DNA of 33,577 nucleotides from Alistipes sp. GTDB taxonomy: Bacteria; Bacteroidota; Bacteroidia; Bacteroidales; Rikenellaceae. Of the stretch, positions 1-8,003 are shown one piece after another. The first letter of the stretch is position 1. Each line of letters opens with the position of its first letter. The DNA lies in the NCBI GenBank assembly GCA_017501025.1, contig JAFVXS010000246.1, positions 1 through 33,577 on the forward strand, written 5' to 3'. The notes below the pieces were generated by a model, which searched no databases, was not told the DNA's origin, and saw nothing but the letters and a program-made list of their open reading frames with translations. Both the position numbers and the translations under genes were made by a program.

Positions 1-575
1 ATTACAAGTACTACACACGTCGTGTCAATTCGATTATTATGCCTATCGTTTGGCAACCTCACGTCTATATGTTCCACAACCACTTGCGAGTGTATCTCGA
101 AGCGGCAGCAACATTCTCGTACAACTTTGCCTCGACCTTCGAAAATCGCGAGCCTTACACCTTCGCCAGCAGCACGGGCAGTGGCACCGATGTCATAGCG
201 GGCAAATACGAGATGCGTAGCGAACGTGATAACCGACTCTGCTTCGGTTTGGCAGGCGGTGGCGGTATCGACTTAATATTCAAGCAATTGGAGGTGGGCG
301 TAAGAGTCCGTTACGATTTTGGCTACTCCGACATTCTGCGAAATCGAAACAAATACTACGATAATGGTCTCGACCAACAGACCTCACCGGGCGAAAATCC
401 GTTCTGGCTTACGCCGATACGCTCCCCACTCGACAACCTCTCGATAAGCCTCCGCATAGGTTACCGCATAGGCAAGGAGGGTTTCAAAGAGTGGACGGCA
501 CCTAAAAAACCGCGTATTCCAAAAGAAGAGCGAAAGAAACGTCGTGACCGACACATATTCAAATACGCACTTTAA
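1..575 (+). CDS. Outer-membrane beta-barrel (porin/PorT-like) protein, 5'-truncated by the window edge
   Basis: Frame is open from the window start (YKYYTRRVNSIIMPIVWQP...). Alternating amphipathic strands (GLAGGGGIDL, VGVRVRYDFGYSDI, LSISLRIGY) are typical of Bacteroidota OMP beta-barrels. Confidence 0.6.
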   Translation, partial: YKYYTRRVNSIIMPIVWQPHVYMFHNHLRVYLEAAATFSYNFASTFENREPYTFASSTGSGTDVIAGKYEMRSERDNRLCFGLAGGGGIDLIFKQLEVGVRVRYDFGYSDILRNRNKYYDNGLDQQTSPGENPFWLTPIRSPLDNLSISLRIGYRIGKEGFKEWTAPKKPRIPKEERKKRRDRHIFKYAL

Positions 576-593
576 CGAAAATTTTAGAACATT

Positions 594-932
594 ATGGAGA
601 ATACACGTCAGCAAAAAATCGCAAAACAGATACAACGCGATATAGCCGAAATTCTGCAACACGACCACTCGACAATGCTTCGAGGCACGCTCGTAACGGT
701 AACAACCGTGAGAGTATCGGTCGATTTGGCGTATGCAAAAATCTACATCAGCATCTTCCCATTCGAGAAGGCCGCCGAGACTCTCGCACTTATCGAGAGC
801 CAAGCCCGTGCCATTCGTGGAGCACTCGGTCGAAGAATGAGAAATCAGGTTAAGACAATTCCGGAGTTGCAGTTCTTTATCGACGACTCGTTGGAGTATA
901 TCGAAAATATCGACTCGCTTTTGGCAAAATAG
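594..932 (+). CDS. rbfA: 30S ribosome-binding factor A
   Basis: MENTRQQKIAKQIQRDIAEIL, VTVTTVRVSVDLAYAKIYIS and IPELQFFIDDSL are RbfA motifs; 112 aa. Confidence 0.96.
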   Translation: MENTRQQKIAKQIQRDIAEILQHDHSTMLRGTLVTVTTVRVSVDLAYAKIYISIFPFEKAAETLALIESQARAIRGALGRRMRNQVKTIPELQFFIDDSLEYIENIDSLLAK

Positions 933-948
933 TACCCACACAGAGGTT

Positions 949-2166
949 ATGAAGTGGTTTTTCGCATACCGATACCTTATATCGCACAAGTCGCGTTCGG
1001 TGATAAACATCATCACCCTGCTCTGCATTGTGTCGGTAGCCGTACCACTTGCCGCAATGATTATACTTTTGTCGGTATTCAATGGCTTTGAGACGCTTGC
1101 CCGACAGATGTACGACCGTGCGGATGCCGACCTCGAAATCGTACAACGCAACGACAGAGAGCCTTCGGAGATTTTTGAAATCGGAGCAGAAAATCGACAA
1201 AAAATACTCGACGTCGAGGGTGTTGATGCCGCAGCGTTCGTCATCGAACACGAACTACTATTGCAATATGGCGATGCGTTTATGCTCTCCGATGTGCGAG
1301 GTGTCGATGCAGCCTATTTCGATGTTGTAGTGCCGAGTGAGGGCGAAATTCGCGATTATGCAGAGTTGGAGTTTGGCGAAATCGACCGAGCCATTATCGA
1401 CAACTATATGGCTTATACGCTGGGTATCTCGACATTGGCAGACAGCCGACTGCAACTGCAAACCCTCGGACGCAGCGAAATCGGTTCGATGTTGCCGATG
1501 CGAGGTATTCGCAGCCGACAACTACACATTGCAGCCATCAAAAACTCGTTGGAGCAGGAGAAGCACCACGCAATCGTACCTCTGCATACGATGCAGCAAC
1601 TCTACGATACAAATCGTGCAACGACAATCGCAATACGCACCTCCGATGGTAACCTATCGGCGATAAAGACCGCATTGGAGAGTCTTGCAGGCGAGGGGGC
1701 TTCGGTACGTACCCGCGACGAGAAGAATGCACTCTTCTACGCCATTATGCGATACGAGAAGTGGGCGATATTCTTCGTGGCACTCTTGGTGTTGATTATC
1801 GCATCGATGTCGATTATCGGCTCGGTGATTATGCTGATAACCGAGAAACGCAACGAGCAGATAACACTGCTTTCGATTGGTTGCAACCACCGCTTTATTC
1901 GCGATATATTTGTCTGCGAGGGTCTGCTGATTGCCGCCTTCGGTGGGGCAATAGGCACCATTATCGGCATTGCGACTATCGCCATACAGCACTATTTCGG
2001 GGTGTTGAAACTGCCCGAAAACGGATTTATTATCGAGAACTATCCCGTAGAACTACATCTGAACGACGTAGTTATCACATACGTTGCATTTACGGTCATC
2101 GCCCTTGCAGCATCGTACATTGCAACACGCAAAATGATTAAAAACAGAGAGTTATGCAGCGAATAG
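949..2166 (+). CDS. FtsX/LolC-E family ABC permease (probable lipoprotein-releasing system)
   Basis: N-terminal FAYRYL..KS..VINIIT, TM helix then LSVFNGF, periplasmic domain, C-terminal 3-TM FtsX domain (EKRNEQITLLSIG, IENYPVEL). Follows rbfA. Confidence 0.85.
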   Translation: MKWFFAYRYLISHKSRSVINIITLLCIVSVAVPLAAMIILLSVFNGFETLARQMYDRADADLEIVQRNDREPSEIFEIGAENRQKILDVEGVDAAAFVIEHELLLQYGDAFMLSDVRGVDAAYFDVVVPSEGEIRDYAELEFGEIDRAIIDNYMAYTLGISTLADSRLQLQTLGRSEIGSMLPMRGIRSRQLHIAAIKNSLEQEKHHAIVPLHTMQQLYDTNRATTIAIRTSDGNLSAIKTALESLAGEGASVRTRDEKNALFYAIMRYEKWAIFFVALLVLIIASMSIIGSVIMLITEKRNEQITLLSIGCNHRFIRDIFVCEGLLIAAFGGAIGTIIGIATIAIQHYFGVLKLPENGFIIENYPVELHLNDVVITYVAFTVIALAASYIATRKMIKNRELCSE

Positions 2167-3032
2167 CAGTAGCACTTATAGCGGCAACAATCGCAATGTT
2201 GATGAGCATCGGTTGCTCGTCCCAGCGAAGTATTCCCGACGACGAGTTGGCAGAGATTCTACACGATGTCTATCTGACCAACGCCTATATCAACGTCCAT
2301 CCGTTTGAACTCGATTCGGTAGCGATTTACGAGCCTATTCTGGCACGATACGGCTACTCGGTCGAGGATTTCAAATATACGATAGGTAGTTTTTCGCGAC
2401 GCAAGAGTGCCCAACTCGGTACCGTGCTGCGTGATGCAGAGACTCTGTTGTTGGAGCAGACCAAAATTTTAGACAAGCAGGTTGTAATTCTCGATACGAT
2501 TCGCGATGTTGCCGTGCGTACCTATCGCCGCACAATTCGACAAGATTCGCTGATTGAGGCTAAAAAGTTGGCAGACACACAGAAACTGCACATCCGTATT
2601 TCGCCTCTCTATCCGGGCAACTATACCGTAAAGTTCAATTACGAGAACGAGGAGGAGGCGGGAAAAGAGCCACTACGAGGTGCTATGTATCTCATTTGTC
2701 ACGACGGAAGTCGCCGAAGCAACTATATGTACAATTTGCAAGAGAAGGACTTTGTTCGTCGCAACTTCGTTGTCGATAGTTCGCACAAAGAGTTGGTCAT
2801 CGACCTGCGTATTCGCAAGAATGAGCCTCGCAGCAAGAAGAGCAAGAAACGCCGTAAGGTTGCCCCAAATCTGACAATTCGCAATTTCAATATCGAGTAT
2901 ATCCCTGACGAGAAGGTGGCTATCGACTCGCTGCTCCGTCAATGGATTGATGTAAGAGTTTTCGACGATGAGTTCTTCTGCACTCCGCAAGATAGCGTCG
3001 CACTTGGCAGCGACTCGCTACGGGTTGATTAG
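2154..3032 (+). CDS. DUF4296-domain lipoprotein
   Basis: Lipobox MSIG-C. IPDDELAEILHDVYL and IYEPILARYGYSVEDFKYTI match the DUF4296 pattern. Confidence 0.75.
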   Translation: MQRIAVALIAATIAMLMSIGCSSQRSIPDDELAEILHDVYLTNAYINVHPFELDSVAIYEPILARYGYSVEDFKYTIGSFSRRKSAQLGTVLRDAETLLLEQTKILDKQVVILDTIRDVAVRTYRRTIRQDSLIEAKKLADTQKLHIRISPLYPGNYTVKFNYENEEEAGKEPLRGAMYLICHDGSRRSNYMYNLQEKDFVRRNFVVDSSHKELVIDLRIRKNEPRSKKSKKRRKVAPNLTIRNFNIEYIPDEKVAIDSLLRQWIDVRVFDDEFFCTPQDSVALGSDSLRVD

Positions 3033-4128
3033 GCGACCTCTGCTGACCATCGAGGCTGCAACACACCGCATCATAGCAATCGAGCAGTATGCCGACGCTG
3101 CATCGCTCGACCGTATGCCGCAGGTAGAGTTCTACGACGGTGTGCTGTGTTGTGGTTTTGTCAATGTGCATTGCCACTTGGAGTTATCCTATCTCAAAGG
3201 GGCAATAGAGGAGGGTTGCGGACACGGAGAGTTTGCCCGACAGATGGGCTTGCAACGCAACAAGGCGACTCTCGAAGAGCGAATAGTGGCGGCTGCGGCT
3301 GCCGACAGAGCGATGTGGGAGGAGGGAATCGATGCGGTAGGCGATATCGTAAACAGCAACGACTCGTTCGAGGTCAAGTCGCAAAGCCCGATACACTACC
3401 ACTCGTTTGTCGAGAAGTTCGGACTACGCCAACCAAACAGCGATATCTGCCGCACGTTGTTGCACTACCCCGAAACATCGCTGACTCCACACTCGATATA
3501 TTCGCTCAACGATGCAGAGTTTCGCTCGGCAATCACGACAAATGACCCAGCCCCACTCTCAATTCACTTTATGGAGTCCGCGGCCGAACGCGAGCTATTC
3601 CTCGGCAAAGGTTCGCTCTATGAGTGGTATCTCCGCGAAGGTTTCGAGTGCGACTTTCTTGGCTACACGTCGCCTGCAAATCGACTTACGCAGTGCGTAC
3701 CACCTACGAAAAGCACAATCTTGGTACACTGCACCGATATAGACCAACGCGACATAGAGCAGATTGCATCGCACTTTACATCGAAGGTCTATTGGGCTCT
3801 GTCACCCCGCTCAAATCGCTATATCTCGAATTGCGAGCCGTCGAGTTACCGACTTCTGCGTCAATCGAGTGCCACCATCTGCATAGGCACCGACTCGCTC
3901 GCATCGAACCGCTCACTGTCGATGGTCGAGGAGCTTAAACTATTCAAGGATGTTCCCCTTGCCGAGTTGCTGCAATGGGCGACGTTCAACGGTGCCGAGG
4001 CTCTGGGGATAAGCGACCGCTACGGCACTTTGGAAGAGGGGCGATGCTCTTCGTTGGTACAGATTTCGGGCATAGACCTCTCGACGGAGCAACTTACCGA
4101 ACACTCCACCGCCCGCAGAATCATATAA
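2968..4128 (+). CDS. Amidohydrolase-family metalloenzyme, candidate aminodeoxyfutalosine deaminase
   Basis: GFVNVHCHLELS (HxH metal site), PHSIYS, IHFMES, LVHC, IGTDSLASN, ATFNGAEALG. The substrate assignment is inferred from mqnE in the same window. Confidence 0.75.
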   Translation: MSSSALRKIASHLAATRYGLIRRPLLTIEAATHRIIAIEQYADAASLDRMPQVEFYDGVLCCGFVNVHCHLELSYLKGAIEEGCGHGEFARQMGLQRNKATLEERIVAAAAADRAMWEEGIDAVGDIVNSNDSFEVKSQSPIHYHSFVEKFGLRQPNSDICRTLLHYPETSLTPHSIYSLNDAEFRSAITTNDPAPLSIHFMESAAERELFLGKGSLYEWYLREGFECDFLGYTSPANRLTQCVPPTKSTILVHCTDIDQRDIEQIASHFTSKVYWALSPRSNRYISNCEPSSYRLLRQSSATICIGTDSLASNRSLSMVEELKLFKDVPLAELLQWATFNGAEALGISDRYGTLEEGRCSSLVQISGIDLSTEQLTEHSTARRII

Positions 4129-4142
4129 ATATAAGGTATCGG

Positions 4143-5918
4143 CTACTTGCGACGATGTGCAACCGTTGCCCGACGTTGATTTCGGGTAGGCGACGGTGTC
4201 GATGATTTTTGTCGCTTGTCGAAGAAGTAACTCTTTTGGCGACGCTTCTCCTCCTGCGTACGTGCCGTATAGAGTTTTTGGTGGGTATATGGGTTTTCGC
4301 CCGTATAGAACATTACGGATGATAGTGTCATAGGTGTCGGTGTCAAATCCTGCACCTGCTCCAACGTAAAGTGCAGTCGTCCCAGCACCTTCGATGCCAA
4401 AGCCTTCATATCGTTCTCACGACAAGCCGGATGCGACGATATAAAGTATGGTATCAGTTGGTATGGACGGTTTAACTCGCTGCAAATTCGCTTAAATGTG
4501 GCGTTCAACTCCTCGAACAACGAGAAGGATGGCTTACGCATAGCAGCCAACACGGCATCCTCGGTATGCTCGGGTGCAACTTTCAAACGTCCCGATGTGT
4601 GGTGTGCGATGACCTCACGCAGATACTCCTCGCCATCGAACAAGTCGTAGCGGATACCACTGCCGATGTAGGCGTGTTTCACACCCTCAACGCTACGCAC
4701 CTTACGATACAACTCGATGAGTGGGCGGTGGTCGTTATTCAGATTTGGGCAACGACGCGGATGGAGGCACGATGGACGATGGCACTTTTGGCACAACTCT
4801 TTGTTACGCCCCGACAGACCATACATATTTGCCGATGGCCCTCCAATATCGCTGATTGTACCTCGGAACGACGGCATAGCCACCACTCGTTGCACCTCTC
4901 GCAAGATGGACTCCTCGCTACGAGATGCGATAAACTTGCCCTGATGTGCCGCTATGGTGCAGAACGAACATCCTCCAAAGCAACCACGATGCACCGCTAT
5001 CGAGTGTTGAATCATTCGCCACGCAGGAATCTCGCCACGCTTATCGTATCGCGGATGGGGTGCTCGCTCGTATGGCAACTCGGCAGCGTAGTCCAACTCG
5101 GCAGTTGTCAGCGGTGTGTGCATAGGATTTACTACGACAAATCGTTCGCCCACCTGCTCAACCAATGTGTGTTGCGGTTCGAGAAGATTACTCTCTCGCT
5201 CTATCGTTACGAAGTTCTCGCCAAAGGCCTGTTTCGACTGTTGCTGCTCCTCGAACGAGTGCAGACGGATGAGCTGTTGCGATGAGGCAATTCGCTCGAC
5301 GTGGGCTGCATCTGCCACGTACGCCACCTGTCGCAACGCACGCAAACGCTTGGCATTAAAACCGTTACGCATTGCTCGTGCAACCTCTCGCACGGTGCGT
5401 TCGCCCATTCCGTACAACAGAAAATCGGCTCCGCTATCGACCAAAATCGATGGATGCAACGTATCGCTCCAATAGTCGTAGTGGGTCAATCGTCGCAACG
5501 AAGCCTCGATACCGCCAATCAGAACAGGCACCGAAGGGTACAACTCTTTGAGTATCTTGGTATAGGTTATGGTCGCATAGTCGGGGCGGAAACCGGCCTT
5601 GCCATCCGCCGTATAGGCATCGTCGCTACGCAGTCGGATATTTGCCGTATAGTGATTGACCATCGAGTCCATAGCACCTGCCGTAACACAGAAGCACAAT
5701 CGGGGCACGCCCAACTTACGAAAATCTCGCAAATCGTCACGCCAATTGGGTTGTGGCACAACAGCCACACGATAACCCTCCGCCTCGAAGAGTCGCGACA
5801 CGACAGCCGCCCCAAATGCAGGGTGGTCAATGTAGGCATCGCCCGTAATCAGGATTATATCGGCACAATCCCAACCCAACGCCTGCATCTCCTTAACGGT
5901 TGTCGGTAGAAATCCCAT
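4143..5918 (-). CDS. ygiQ: YgiQ (UPF0313) family radical SAM protein
   Basis: FLPTT..EM..LGW, TGDAYIDHPAFG, GAMDSMVNHYTA, HRGCFGGCSFC (CxxxCxxC), DIGGPSANMY, SGRLKVAPEH. Confidence 0.95.
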   Translation of the reverse strand: MGFLPTTVKEMQALGWDCADIILITGDAYIDHPAFGAAVVSRLFEAEGYRVAVVPQPNWRDDLRDFRKLGVPRLCFCVTAGAMDSMVNHYTANIRLRSDDAYTADGKAGFRPDYATITYTKILKELYPSVPVLIGGIEASLRRLTHYDYWSDTLHPSILVDSGADFLLYGMGERTVREVARAMRNGFNAKRLRALRQVAYVADAAHVERIASSQQLIRLHSFEEQQQSKQAFGENFVTIERESNLLEPQHTLVEQVGERFVVVNPMHTPLTTAELDYAAELPYERAPHPRYDKRGEIPAWRMIQHSIAVHRGCFGGCSFCTIAAHQGKFIASRSEESILREVQRVVAMPSFRGTISDIGGPSANMYGLSGRNKELCQKCHRPSCLHPRRCPNLNNDHRPLIELYRKVRSVEGVKHAYIGSGIRYDLFDGEEYLREVIAHHTSGRLKVAPEHTEDAVLAAMRKPSFSLFEELNATFKRICSELNRPYQLIPYFISSHPACRENDMKALASKVLGRLHFTLEQVQDLTPTPMTLSSVMFYTGENPYTHQKLYTARTQEEKRRQKSYFFDKRQKSSTPSPTRNQRRATVAHRRK

Positions 5919-5944
5919 ATTTTTTCGTTTTTCGCTGTTAACAA

Positions 5945-6002
5945 TTTTTTACAGACCCCCTCCGCTTCGCTCGTCCCCCTAACTTCGGGGGACAATAGTT
6001 TT
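5945..6002 (-). repeat. REP-like double-hairpin repeat, copy 1
   Basis: ttttttacagaccccctccgcttcgctcgtccccctaacttcgggggacaatagtttt, identical to 6550-6607. Stem gtccccc/gggggac with a 7-nt loop. Confidence 0.9.
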
Positions 6003-6099
6003 TATTATCACAAGAGTTTGCCCTCCCTAAAAGGTTGTAGTTCCCAAAATGTTTTCCTCCCTAAAATGTTTTCATTTCCCAAAGCGGCTTTTCTTTTTT

Positions 6100-6150
6100 C
6101 TATTCCTCCCCCAAGTTAGGGGAGGTGCCCGTTAGGGCGGTGGGGTCTGT
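6100..6150 (+). repeat. REP-like double-hairpin repeat, diverged inverted copy
   Basis: ctatt-cctcccc-caagtta-ggggagg-t-gccc-gtta-gggc-ggtggggtctgt has the same layout as the reverse complement of copies 1 and 2, with compensatory stem changes. Confidence 0.85.
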
Positions 6151-6155
6151 TCGCC

Positions 6156-6539
6156 CTATTTTATATTCATCTTACGTTCCTTAACAACTCGCCGAATCTC
6201 TGCAATAACCTCCTCCGAATATTTATAAAGAGTGCTATTCTCGAAACGCAAAACTACAATATTGTGTTCGTTGCTCAAATATTCGGCACGACTCCAATCA
6301 TAGTCAGCACCACCTTCCGTATAGTGCACAGCTCCGTCCAACTCAATACACAGCCGTACTTCCGGACTGTAAAAATCTAAAATATAGGGTCCTATGCTAA
6401 ACTGCCGACGAAACTTAACACCCTCAACTTGTTTATCTTTCAACATTTTCCACAAAGCAACCTCCGCCGCAGTACTATTATTTCGCAGTTCTCTACGTTG
6501 TTGGCTTTGAGCCTTTTGATTATGCGTACGATGTTTCAT
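6156..6539 (-). CDS. DUF559 / YcjD-like (Vsr-like PD-(D/E)xK) endonuclease-domain protein
   Basis: RRELRNNSTAAEVALW, KFRRQFSIGPYILDFY, LCIELDGAVH and VLRFEN are hallmark DUF559 motifs. Visibly more AT-rich than the flanking genes. Confidence 0.92.
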   Translation of the reverse strand: MKHRTHNQKAQSQQRRELRNNSTAAEVALWKMLKDKQVEGVKFRRQFSIGPYILDFYSPEVRLCIELDGAVHYTEGGADYDWSRAEYLSNEHNIVVLRFENSTLYKYSEEVIAEIRRVVKERKMNIK

Positions 6540-6549
6540 CGCTGTTCTT

Positions 6550-6607
6550 TTTTTTACAGACCCCCTCCGCTTCGCTCGTCCCCCTAACTTCGGGGGACAA
6601 TAGTTTT
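6550..6607 (-). repeat. REP-like double-hairpin repeat, copy 2
   Basis: Exact 58-bp direct repeat of 5945-6002 (offset 605 bp), just upstream of the DUF559 start. Confidence 0.9.
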
Positions 6608-6715
6608 GCCGCCCTGCGGCAAAGGCTACACCGATAAGGGTTGTTAAGGGTTGTTAGCGGTATTCTCTGCCACCGACCTTACCCGACCTTATTCAACCTT
6701 ATCCTCGGCGGCTTT
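6605..6715 (+). repeat. Modular clamped tandem-array element, copy A (head + Z + Y modules)
   Basis: Head hairpin tttgccgc-cct-gcggcaaa; Z array taagggttgt x2; Y array gaccttaccc/gaccttattc/aaccttatcc between gccaccga and tcggcggc. Confidence 0.8.
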
Positions 6716-6728
6716 TTATCCGCTACTG

Positions 6729-6736
6729 CAAAGATA
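6729..6736 (-). promoter_or_regulatory. Bacteroidota sigmaA -7 box (TAtcTTTG) facing DUF559/ygiQ
   Basis: caaagata on + is TATCTTTG on -, matching the TAnnTTTG consensus. Overlaps the left end of the 6732-6853 element. Confidence 0.55.
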
Positions 6737-6853
6737 GTGAATAAAAAGATGAAGTTCAAGGCTTGCGAAACCCGAAAAACCGCAGCATACTTGCCGTATG
6801 TGAGGATTTTGAGGGTGAGCGTAACGCAGAAATTCGCTTTTTATTCGCTATCT
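6732..6853. mobile_element. MITE-like long imperfect hairpin element E1 (122 bp)
   Basis: Terminal inverted repeats agatagtgaataaaaag / ctttttattcgctatct (16/17). Nested internal stems around catac-ttgcc-gtatg. Mobility is inferred. Confidence 0.65.
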
Positions 6854-6860
6854 ACTCCCG

Positions 6861-7994
6861 CTATGCGTTCTGTACACTCTTCGAGTAGTTATCCCATCGC
6901 TCGATGACCGTTGCAAAATCTGTCGGAATAGGCGACTCGAAGGTCATCTCCTCGCCGGTCGTCGGATGCACAAAGCCCAACATTCGGGCGTGCAGGGCGT
7001 GACGAGGCATTATCTCGAAGCAATTTTCGATAAACTGCTTATACTTCGAGAAGGTTGTTCCCTTCAAAATCTTATCGCCACCATATCGCTCGTCGTTGAA
7101 CAACGGATGACCTATATACTGCATATGAACACGAATCTGATGCGTACGTCCCGTTTCGAGTCGGCACTCGACCAACGTCACATAGCCGTAGCGTCGCAGC
7201 ACTTTGTAGTGCGTCACGGCGTGCTTACCCTCCGAGCCGTCGGCAAAGACATACATCTGGTGGCGATTACGCGGATTACGACCGATATTGCCCGTAATCG
7301 TACCCTCGTCATCCGCCAGATTACCCCAAACCAACGCCACATAGCGACGACGTGTAGTATGCTCGAAGAATTGGCGTGACAGTTTGTTGCAGGCAACCTC
7401 ATTCTTGCCGACAACCAATATTCCCGATGTATTTTTGTCTATACGATGCACCAAACCCGCACGCTCGTTGCCCTGCTGGAACATCGGATTATCCTGCAAA
7501 TGGAAGGTCAGGGCATTAACCAACGTGCCACAGAAGTTGCCGTGTCCCGGATGAACGCACATTCCCGCCTCCTTGTTTACGACAATCACATCGTCATCCT
7601 CGTAGAGGATATCTATCGGAATATCCTCGGGTGTAAGTGCCACCTCGTAGCGTGGGTATGCCATACGCAACGAGATTTGGTCGAACGGTTTAATCTTGTA
7701 GGAGGCCTTCTGCGGGCGGTTGTTCACAAAGACATTACCCTCGTCGATTGCTGTCTGGATGCGATTGCGGGAGCAGTTCTCCATATGCATCGACAGATAC
7801 TTGTCGAGTCGCATCATCGACTGACCCTTATCAACCGTCACCGCAAAGTGTTCGTAAAGTCCGTGTTCGTCGGGGGTATGATCGCCCAAAAAACGACGAG
7901 GCTCCGCGGCGACAATATCGTCATCGTCGTCGAGCATCGCTCCTTCGTCGATATCTACCTCCGCATCGACCAATATATCCTCCTGATACTCCAT
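6861..7994 (-). CDS. rluD: RluA-family 23S rRNA pseudouridine synthase (RluD-like)
   Basis: S4 domain (RLDKYL..SRNRIQ), VVNKEAGMCVHPG, catalytic VHRIDKNTSG, LETGRTHQIRVH, ALHARMLGFVHP. Acidic N-terminal extension. Confidence 0.92.
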   Translation of the reverse strand: MEYQEDILVDAEVDIDEGAMLDDDDDIVAAEPRRFLGDHTPDEHGLYEHFAVTVDKGQSMMRLDKYLSMHMENCSRNRIQTAIDEGNVFVNNRPQKASYKIKPFDQISLRMAYPRYEVALTPEDIPIDILYEDDDVIVVNKEAGMCVHPGHGNFCGTLVNALTFHLQDNPMFQQGNERAGLVHRIDKNTSGILVVGKNEVACNKLSRQFFEHTTRRRYVALVWGNLADDEGTITGNIGRNPRNRHQMYVFADGSEGKHAVTHYKVLRRYGYVTLVECRLETGRTHQIRVHMQYIGHPLFNDERYGGDKILKGTTFSKYKQFIENCFEIMPRHALHARMLGFVHPTTGEEMTFESPIPTDFATVIERWDNYSKSVQNA

Positions 7995-8003
7995 AATCTC
8001 GAT

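Noticed and set aside
6641-6907. 88-aa ORF on + between DUF559 and rluD
   Set aside because: TTG start inside a repeat array, spans element E1, overlaps rluD antisense, and has no recognisable domain.
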